Below, in pieces: positions 42,265 to 49,241 of a DNA stretch of 62,781 bases (position 1 is its first letter; each line of letters begins with the position of its first letter). The position numbers and the translations under genes were made by a program. Source of the DNA: Legionellales bacterium (lineage in GTDB: Bacteria; Pseudomonadota; Gammaproteobacteria; Eutrophobiales; Eutrophobiaceae). The notes beneath the pieces are model-generated. The model was given only the letters and a program-made list of their open reading frames with translations, was not told where the DNA came from and did no database searches. The DNA is taken from NCBI GenBank assembly GCA_002692205.1, contig NZJM01000047.1:1-62781 (forward strand). The letters run 5' to 3'.

Positions 42265-42307
42265 GCTCATCATTTATGTGTGGTTCTAAATTATTTGTCG
42301 AATATAT

Positions 42308-42925
42308 TTAATTCAAATTATTTCTTTCTTTCTCAATCAGTAGATTTATAACCTTAATCATATTAGGGAAGCCGCCAGCTGTTGTTCCGCTTACCATATA
42401 TTTTCCATTTACTATAACTGAGGGGACTCCAGTTATTTTATAGCGCTGACCCATTATATAAGATTGTTTTATCTTGGTATTAACTTCATCTGAATCATAG
42501 GCTTTTTTAAAGTTGTTTTTATCAACACCAATATCTAAAAAAAACTTTTTTATTGCAGAATCACTCGATATTTTTTTCTTTTTTATATGAATAGCTTTAA
42601 ATAAGGGGCCATGAAAATCATTTAATACTCCTAGTTTTTCAGCCGTATAATATGCTTTCGCATGAGGTATCCAACTTTTTTGAAATATACCAGGCATTCT
42701 TCTAAAAACAACATCATCCGGTTTTGTTTTCAACCAGTCATTTGCGTAAGGTTCGAAATCATAGCAGTGACCACATCCATACCAGAATATTTCAAGAACT
42801 TCGATTTTGTCACCTGTTTGGGTGGGTTGAGGTGGTGCAATTTCCACATAGCCGTCAAATGCGTTTGCCTGGTAAGAGAGCACAAGAAAAATTGTAAGAG
42901 TTACAGAGTGAATTAGTCTCGTCAT
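42308..42925 (-). CDS. dsbA: Thiol:disulfide interchange protein DsbA
   Basis: Signal peptide, active site FWYGCGHCY, VPSVIVNGKY. Confidence 0.92.
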   Translation of the reverse strand: MTRLIHSVTLTIFLVLSYQANAFDGYVEIAPPQPTQTGDKIEVLEIFWYGCGHCYDFEPYANDWLKTKPDDVVFRRMPGIFQKSWIPHAKAYYTAEKLGVLNDFHGPLFKAIHIKKKKISSDSAIKKFFLDIGVDKNNFKKAYDSDEVNTKIKQSYIMGQRYKITGVPSVIVNGKYMVSGTTAGGFPNMIKVINLLIEKERNNLN

Positions 42926-43012
42926 ATTTTTTTCCTTAAATTATACGTTTGTATCTTTTAATATTTATCATCGATGTTTAGACCATTGGATTGATGTTTT
43001 GTGCCGTATTAT

Positions 43013-43726
43013 TTAATTTCTTCGAAGCCCCTGAATATATTCAGAAACCGCATTAATTTGAGCTTCTGACATATAGCCAGCCACTGTTCTCATCACACCA
43101 TTTAAATCATTATTACGTTGTTCAGATTTAAACATTTTTAGCTGTGTTGCAATATATTCAGCATGTTGCCCCTGAATGGCTGGGTAGACTGCACTTGGAT
43201 TTCCGTTACCAGCAGGCCCATGGCAGGCCATGCATGCTGCTACACCCGAATCTTTGTCTCCCGAACGATATATTTTTTGTCCTAAATCAATCGAATTAGG
43301 ATTCGAAAAACCTAGACTAATTTTTTGACTTTCATAGTATGCACCAAGATCTCTCATATCTTGATCATTTAAATTAGCTACCATAGCTGACATTTGCGCA
43401 TTAACTCTATCGCCATTTTTAAAGTTATTTAATTGCTTAAAAATATAGGAGGAATGTTGACCAGCAATTTTTGGCCATATTGGATTTACGCTATTCCCAT
43501 CAACCCCATGACAAGCAGCGCAAGGTTGAGAAAGGGTTTTACCTTTAACAGGGTCACTTGCGTAGAAAACCGTATTATTATTCTCATATGTTTCTATTGC
43601 TTCTGCATGCTCTTCTTTTTCTGATGCAAATTTAGCGATCACATAAAAAGCTACCATCATAATTGCAATTAGGGCAAGTACGAGTGAGAAATTTCTAAAA
43701 AATATTTTGTCTTGTTCTTGGCTCAT
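43013..43726 (-). CDS. Membrane-anchored diheme cytochrome c4
   Basis: Two heme sites, CAACHG and CMACHG. I chose the start MSQEQDK (43726) by analogy with the paralogous anchor of the c5-like gene. The track start is 43735. Confidence 0.88.
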   Translation of the reverse strand: MSQEQDKIFFRNFSLVLALIAIMMVAFYVIAKFASEKEEHAEAIETYENNNTVFYASDPVKGKTLSQPCAACHGVDGNSVNPIWPKIAGQHSSYIFKQLNNFKNGDRVNAQMSAMVANLNDQDMRDLGAYYESQKISLGFSNPNSIDLGQKIYRSGDKDSGVAACMACHGPAGNGNPSAVYPAIQGQHAEYIATQLKMFKSEQRNNDLNGVMRTVAGYMSEAQINAVSEYIQGLRRN

Positions 43727-43892
43727 CAAAAGCATCCTCGCCAGTAATTATATCCACGAATTACCATTTTAAGTTATTATATGCAGCTAATTAAATACAG
43801 ATTATGGCTAGATGCCAGAGTTTAATTATAGCTAGTCAATAATATATTATTTTTTAATGATTATGCCTGAATAAATTGTAAATGGAGAATTT

Positions 43893-44501
43893 ATCATACC
43901 TAATCAAGAACTAACAAAGGATTGGTATACACGCTTTGAATTTGACCTAGGCGTTGCATCAATAAAGCAACTTCCTGATGATAACGGGAAAGAAGTAGCC
44001 TTTGCTGGGCGCTCAAATGTCGGCAAATCAAGTGTTATCAATAAAATTACGTCACGTCGAAATTTAGCGAGAACTAGTAAACTGCCAGGGCGAACTAGAG
44101 AATTAAATTATTTTTCTATCAACGAAAATAGGCGGATTGTTGATTTGCCTGGCTATGGATTTGCTAGAGTTGATGTAGCAACAAAAAATAAATGGCGTAA
44201 ATTATTAGACTTTTATTTTCAAGAAAGGCAGTCTTTGCGCGGTGTCTTTCTCATTATAGACATACGTCATCCACTTAAAAGCTTCGATCAATTAATGTTT
44301 AACTATTGTCAAACTAATGATTTATCCTTACATATGGTTTTGAATAAGTCCGACAAGATTTCTAAAAATATGGCAAATAAAACAATCAATCAAATCAAAA
44401 GCGATATAAAATCACCCAATACGAGCATACAATTATTTTCTTCATTAAAGGGTATAGGAGTTGATGAGGCACGTATTAAACTAGCAGAATGGCTGTTTTG
44501 A
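43893..44501 (+). CDS. engB: Ribosome biogenesis GTPase EngB/YihA (start codon unresolved)
   Basis: The frame is open from 43875 and encodes ...VAFAGRSNVGKSSVINKI (G1)...LPGRT...DLPGYGF...LNKSDK (G4). There is no ATG/GTG/TTG/CTG before the P-loop. The track ORF starts only at TTG 44145, inside the GTPase domain. The 43893 start (ATC after GGAG) is a guess. Confidence 0.85.
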   Translation: MIPNQELTKDWYTRFEFDLGVASIKQLPDDNGKEVAFAGRSNVGKSSVINKITSRRNLARTSKLPGRTRELNYFSINENRRIVDLPGYGFARVDVATKNKWRKLLDFYFQERQSLRGVFLIIDIRHPLKSFDQLMFNYCQTNDLSLHMVLNKSDKISKNMANKTINQIKSDIKSPNTSIQLFSSLKGIGVDEARIKLAEWLF

Positions 44502-44510
44502 TAGCTTAAA

Positions 44511-44630
44511 AACGGCCCCGGATTAGTGCTCATTTAGGGATACTTGGTTATCCGGGGCTGAATATTACCGGCATGGGATTTACCGGCCACGACTTCTCGT
44601 CTAAGGGAGGAAAGACATGAGAAGTGCGTA
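44511..44630 (+). ncRNA. Candidate structured RNA / 3-prime UTR element with GGA motifs in hairpin loops
   Basis: A GC-rich island in an AT-rich spacer. Stems: GCCCCGGAT/ATCCGGGGC (44515-23 / 44550-58), CCGG/CCGG (44568-71 / 44583-86) and ACTTCTC/GAGAAGT (44592-98 / 44619-25). The loops carry AGGGA, UGGGA and AGGGAGGAA. No family assignment was possible by eye. Confidence 0.3.
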
Positions 44631-44695
44631 TAAATGTAAGAGTTATGCAAATTTAAAAAGTTCCCCATAGATTTTGGTTGTCAACAATAAATTGT

Positions 44696-44704
44696 TTATT
44701 CACA
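44696..44704 (+). promoter_or_regulatory. DnaA box (TTATTCACA)
   Basis: Fits TTATNCACA exactly. Confidence 0.45.
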
Positions 44705-44886
44705 ATTTTTGTCATGCGATTTATTGTTTTCAATAACATGCGTTGTAACACTGTACAGATACAAACATTACCCATCTAAGTTATTGTTTTTTTGATAATA
44801 ATAGAACTGGTTAATTTTTAATAGTTTTAACAGATTTGAAATAATTACATTAGTTTTAGCTTTTAAAACATATTGCTTCCACAGAG

Positions 44887-44909
44887 TTATCCACAGAAAA
44901 TGTGGATAA
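44887..44909. promoter_or_regulatory. Inverted pair of perfect consensus DnaA boxes
   Basis: TTATCCACA gaaaa TGTGGATAA. Both 9-mers equal the strongest E. coli-type DnaA box and lie 45 nt beyond the rpmE stop. The same sequence would also form a 9-bp hairpin. Confidence 0.5.
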
Positions 44910-44953
44910 ATTACACAAATACAATCTCTAAGTTGGGGATTAATATAGGATGA

Positions 44954-45157
44954 CTAGGACATTCCGTATTTACGGCGAAATTTGTCAACTCTTCCCGCAG
45001 TATCAAGAATCTTTTGTTTACCGGTATAGAAAGGATGGCACTCAGAGCAAACATCAATATGAAGATCGCCGGAGTATGTGGATTTCGTTTTGAAGGAATT
45101 ACCACAGCTACATTGCACTGTAATAACCGCGTATTTTGGGTGTATATCTGCCTTCAT
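44954..45157 (-). CDS. rpmE: 50S ribosomal protein L31
   Basis: [27 protein letters not shown]...[13 protein letters not shown] (Zn-ribbon form). Internal ATG of the 102-aa track ORF. Confidence 0.93.
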   Translation of the reverse strand: MKADIHPKYAVITVQCSCGNSFKTKSTYSGDLHIDVCSECHPFYTGKQKILDTAGRVDKFRRKYGMS

Positions 45158-45265
45158 TAAGTTACCTCTGACCTTTTTATCGCACGAAACGGGCGTGGAT
45201 TTTATGCCAATATGACTTTTTTCGCAATCAACTTGGAGGTTTAAATAAGATTCGAGCACCAAATA

Positions 45266-46036
45266 CTAAACATCAAATTCGGCTACTACCGGGGTATGGT
45301 CAGATGGCCGTTCCAGTTCCCGCGGTTTTTTATCGATATAGCAATGCAGACATTGTTCTGCGAGATTCTTAGATGCAAGTATATGATCAATTCTAACTCC
45401 ACGATCTCTCCTGAAAGAAGCAGCTCTATAATCCCACCATGAAAAACACCCTTTATCTTGATTATGCATACGGAAGCAATCTACTAACCCATGCGATAGT
45501 AGTTTCTTAAATTCATTTCGTTCTGGTTCACTAACAAGTATATTTCCCTCCCATTCCGCTGGATCATGAACATCTCGGTCTTCCGGTGCTATATTAAAAT
45601 CGCCCAGAGTAATTAATTGATTATCTTCTTTTTGTAGTTTGGTGATAAAAGGATGAAGTTTTGAGAACCATTTCATCTTATATTTATATTTTTCCGAGTT
45701 AATTTCTGAACCATTTGGTACATAAATATTTAAAATTATGGTGCCTCTCGTTTTTATAGCTAAAACTCTTTTTTGTTCATCATTAAAACTAGGTAGTTGT
45801 GTTGCTATAACCTCAATTGGAGATTTTGAAATTGTTGCAACACCATTGTATGTTTTTTGTCCGATAAATTTTACATGGTATCCTTTTTCTTTGATTGAAT
45901 CGGAGGGAAAATTTTCATCAATAGATTTTGTTTCTTGGAGCGCCAAGACATCCGGGCCTTCTTTTTCCATCCATTGCAGGACATGAGGGAGCCTTACTTT
46001 AAGAGAGTTTACATTCCAGGTTGCAATCTTGAGCAC
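45266..46036 (-). CDS. xthA: Exodeoxyribonuclease III (paralog 2, XthA-like)
   Basis: KIATWNVNSLKVR, LALQETK, GDFNIAPEDRD, SDHTPV. GTG start. Confidence 0.9.
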   Translation of the reverse strand: MLKIATWNVNSLKVRLPHVLQWMEKEGPDVLALQETKSIDENFPSDSIKEKGYHVKFIGQKTYNGVATISKSPIEVIATQLPSFNDEQKRVLAIKTRGTIILNIYVPNGSEINSEKYKYKMKWFSKLHPFITKLQKEDNQLITLGDFNIAPEDRDVHDPAEWEGNILVSEPERNEFKKLLSHGLVDCFRMHNQDKGCFSWWDYRAASFRRDRGVRIDHILASKNLAEQCLHCYIDKKPRELERPSDHTPVVAEFDV

Positions 46037-46074
46037 AGTTTTGATATCAGCTTATTTAGTAGTAAATTTTATAG

Positions 46075-46788
46075 TCAAACTCTAAAGCCACCATGTCTTC
46101 TGCGATTAACATAATCAAGAATAAAAGTACCGCTTGCAACACCAATTAGAAAAACAATTAAAAGAAATATAAATGAGGAGTTTTCATCCGCTCCCAAATT
46201 ATTTTTATTACCTTCAGTACTTAGCCCCGATGATTCAATTTGTTCAATTAACTGTCTATTTGCATTTTTTAGTTGTTCTATATCAGCGAGTAATTTTTCT
46301 GGAGGGTCAATACTCCCAACTTTCGATTTAATATTTGTGAGCTCAACTTGTAATTGGCCAACTCTCAGTCGCTCTGATTTTAATTGTTGTTCTAGTTCAG
46401 TCTGGGATGGTGATTGTATCTTTTCCTTCTTCAGAGATTTTACTTTTTCTTCAAGCTCTCTATTTATAATTTCTAACTGATTCATTTTTGCTTTGCCAGG
46501 TTTTTCATTTTGTACATTCTTGCTATTTATCCAACCTCTTACTCCCTCTGGTTCTTCGACATGAATAAGATCATTTTCTCGTTCAATAACATTTAATTCC
46601 GTGCCACTTGGAACAAGTTTAATGATTGAGCTTTGATTTGAGGGTTCTTGATGTAAGCCAATCTTTATTTCATCTATTACATAAACCTGCTCTGCACTGA
46701 TATCGATTATATAAAAACAAGTAAATAATATTATGGCTGGTATATGAAATAGCATATATCCGTATATTTTATGTAGAATTTTTTTCAT
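46075..46788 (-). CDS. SH3-domain membrane protein (YgiM-like)
   Basis: Signal/TM, SH3-like segment (RGWINSKNV), coiled coil, C-terminal TM plus RRRHGGFRV tail. Confidence 0.65.
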   Translation of the reverse strand: MKKILHKIYGYMLFHIPAIILFTCFYIIDISAEQVYVIDEIKIGLHQEPSNQSSIIKLVPSGTELNVIERENDLIHVEEPEGVRGWINSKNVQNEKPGKAKMNQLEIINRELEEKVKSLKKEKIQSPSQTELEQQLKSERLRVGQLQVELTNIKSKVGSIDPPEKLLADIEQLKNANRQLIEQIESSGLSTEGNKNNLGADENSSFIFLLIVFLIGVASGTFILDYVNRRRHGGFRV

Positions 46789-48830
46789 TACGCAGCAATA
46801 CCAGAATGCCTTAAAAGGGCATCAATATTTGGTTTTCGGCCTCTAAAGTCAACGAATAGATCCATAGGTTCGCGGCTTCCCCCCTTTTCAAGAATTGTTT
46901 GTAAAAATTCTTTGCCTGTATTTTTATCAAAGATACCTTTTTCTTCAAATTTAGAAAAGGCATCAGCAGATAAAACTTCTGCCCACTTATAGCTATAGTA
47001 ACCAGCAGCATAACCGCCCGCAAATATATGTGAAAAGCTATGCTGAAAACGGTTAAAAGAAGGAGCATCAGTCACAGAAATTGTTTTACGCACATCATTA
47101 ATGAGGTTTTGAATATCGATATCTTTTTTCGATGAAAATTCCATATGCAAGCGGAAATCGAATATAGCAAATTCAAGTTGTCTTACCATTTGCATTGCTG
47201 ACTGAAAAACTCTTGCATTTTTCATTTTTTCAAATAAATTATCGCTAATCAATTCACCAGTTTTAAAGTCCCTTGCAAACAAATCCAAAGCCTTTTTTTC
47301 CCAACAGTAATTTTCCATGAACTGACTTGGTAATTCTACCGCATCCCACGGGACACCATTAATTCCAGATACACCACTATAGTCAATTTTTGTCATCATA
47401 TGATGCAAGCCGTGACCAAACTCATGGAATAAAGTAATGACCTCATCATGTGTTAATAATGTGGGTTCATTGCCAATAGGGGGAGTAAAATTACAGGTTA
47501 GGTATGCAACTGGATTTTGAATGGCAGACCCAGTTTTTTTTCTAAGTAAACATTCATCCATCCATGCTCCACCGCGTTTATGATTCCTGGAAAAAAGATC
47601 AAGATAAAAACTCCCTATAATTTTGCCTTTGTTATCAAAAATATCATAAAATTTTACATCTTTATGCCAAACTTCAGTTCTGTCTCGTTCCTTTATTTTT
47701 ACACCATATAGTTTGTTTGTAATTTTGAAGAGTCCTTCAATAACTTGCTTAACAGGAAAATATTTTCTTAGCTCTTCTTGTGAAATAGAAAATTTCTTCT
47801 TTCTCAATTTTTCAGAATAGTATGGTATATCCCATGCTTCTAGTCGATCTAAATCGGTTGATTCAAAAACAAACTTTTTTAATTCATCAAACTCTTTAAT
47901 AGCGAATCCTTTTGAGCATTCTGCTAAATTATTGAGAAAAGACATGACTTCATCTGAGGTTTTAGCCATTTTATTTTCAAGCGAATATTCAGCGTAGTTA
48001 TTAAAACCCAATAACTTTGCTTTTTCTGCTCTACACGCCAGAATTTTATACATTATCTCACCGTTATCCCATTTAGTATCAGAACCTAATTCCGATGAGC
48101 GTGTTACGTACGCGCGATATATTTCTTCTCTTAGTCTAGCATTATCAGCATATTTCATAACGGGCATATATGAAGGAAAATCTAACGTAAATACCCAACC
48201 GTCCTTGCCCTCATTTTTAGCAGTTTGAGCTGCCAGTGCTTTTACTGTTTCCGGTATACCAGAAAGTTCATCTTCATTTATAATTTGTTTCTTCCATGCA
48301 TGAGTTGCGTCTAGTAGATTTTCTTCAAATTTTGTTTGATATTCTGAAATTTCTTTTTGAATTTTTTTGTATTTCTTCTGTGATTCTTCATCTAAATCAA
48401 TACCTGATAATCTAAAATCTCTGAGCGCATTATGTATAATTTTTTGCTGGGATTCCGTTAATTTTACAAAAGACGGGTCTTTTGAAAATCTTTCATAAGC
48501 CATAAAAAGCGATCTATTCTGACCTATTTCTGTTGAATAGTTTGAAATTTTTGTTATGCAGTTACTGTATGCTTTTCGAATATCATCATTGTCTGCAACC
48601 GAGTGTAGATGACTGGCTGGTGACCAAGTTCGATGTAAGTCTTCCTCTAAATCTTCTATTTCCTGAAAAAAATTTTCCCATGAATGTTTTTTTGTAGAAT
48701 TTAACAATCTTTCAATGCGATTTTTGTTTTTTTTAATCAACGCATCAATAGCAGGCTCGATATGCTCAGCCTTAATTGTATCGAATAAAGGGAGGGCATA
48801 TTTTTCAAGTAAAGGATTCTCTTTGCTCAT
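46788..48830 (-). CDS. prlC: Oligopeptidase A (M3 metallopeptidase)
   Basis: 680 aa, zinc motif HEFGHGLH. Confidence 0.93.
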   Translation of the reverse strand: MSKENPLLEKYALPLFDTIKAEHIEPAIDALIKKNKNRIERLLNSTKKHSWENFFQEIEDLEEDLHRTWSPASHLHSVADNDDIRKAYSNCITKISNYSTEIGQNRSLFMAYERFSKDPSFVKLTESQQKIIHNALRDFRLSGIDLDEESQKKYKKIQKEISEYQTKFEENLLDATHAWKKQIINEDELSGIPETVKALAAQTAKNEGKDGWVFTLDFPSYMPVMKYADNARLREEIYRAYVTRSSELGSDTKWDNGEIMYKILACRAEKAKLLGFNNYAEYSLENKMAKTSDEVMSFLNNLAECSKGFAIKEFDELKKFVFESTDLDRLEAWDIPYYSEKLRKKKFSISQEELRKYFPVKQVIEGLFKITNKLYGVKIKERDRTEVWHKDVKFYDIFDNKGKIIGSFYLDLFSRNHKRGGAWMDECLLRKKTGSAIQNPVAYLTCNFTPPIGNEPTLLTHDEVITLFHEFGHGLHHMMTKIDYSGVSGINGVPWDAVELPSQFMENYCWEKKALDLFARDFKTGELISDNLFEKMKNARVFQSAMQMVRQLEFAIFDFRLHMEFSSKKDIDIQNLINDVRKTISVTDAPSFNRFQHSFSHIFAGGYAAGYYSYKWAEVLSADAFSKFEEKGIFDKNTGKEFLQTILEKGGSREPMDLFVDFRGRKPNIDALLRHSGIAA

Positions 48831-49241
48831 GTGTACGCTTTCTTATTTAATTGGAGGTGAGATGTTATGACAAATTGAGCCATTTGCACAAATTATTCAT
48901 AATCATTCACAAGCATATTAAATTAATTTATTAAAAAAAATTTAGAATTTACTATTTAACTTACTGTATTTTATATAAATTATCGCTTATTGATAATAAT
49001 TCTTATTCAGAATATCATAGATTCTATTATTATTTTTGGTTTTAAAAAATAACATGGATTAGTTAATTTTGTTTTTGTGCATTTTCTACAAATATTGAAG
49101 AGTTCCTCTTTAAGAATTATTGCATAAAAGTGGATTTCATGACGGCACCAGTAGTCATGATAGATATCGATTTTTAAATCACCATATTAGTCAAAATTAA
49201 TAATTTAATTTATAAAATTTATTAATTATTGATATAAAAAA

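Noticed and set aside
39115-42307. tRNA-Arg followed by GATase-like, purEK and the pqqA-like unit, considered as a possible tRNA-targeted genomic island.
   Set aside because: There is no integrase and no mobility gene. I did not see a direct repeat of the tRNA 3-prime end. The cargo is housekeeping, with the same composition as the surrounding DNA.
44600-44620. GGGAGGAAAG resembles the universally conserved P4 strand (GAGGAAAGUCCGGGC) of RNase P RNA.
   Set aside because: The match stops after GAGGAAAG. The UCCGGGC continuation and the 3-prime P4 partner are missing. The GC-rich element is only about 120 nt, whereas rnpB is about 350-400 nt.
44630-44650. TGTAAGagttatGCAAAT as a GacA/UvrY box (TGTAAG-N6-CTTACA), which would support a Csr/Rsm-type sRNA.
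   Set aside because: Only the left half-site matches. It also lies downstream of, not upstream of, the GGA-rich element.
44502-44953. Calling this spacer the chromosomal replication origin (oriC).
   Set aside because: There are only three good DnaA boxes. No dnaA, dnaN, gidA or rpmH is nearby. There is no evident 13-mer/GATC-rich unwinding element beyond the general AT-richness, and no strand switch in gene orientation around it. I kept it as a DnaA-box finding, not as an origin call.
49081-49190. Small hairpins (AAGAGttcCTCTT and CATGACggcaccagtaGTCATG) upstream of the iron transporter, as a possible sRNA or riboswitch.
   Set aside because: The stems are short and isolated, with no recognisable family and no terminator. 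They are compatible with chance.
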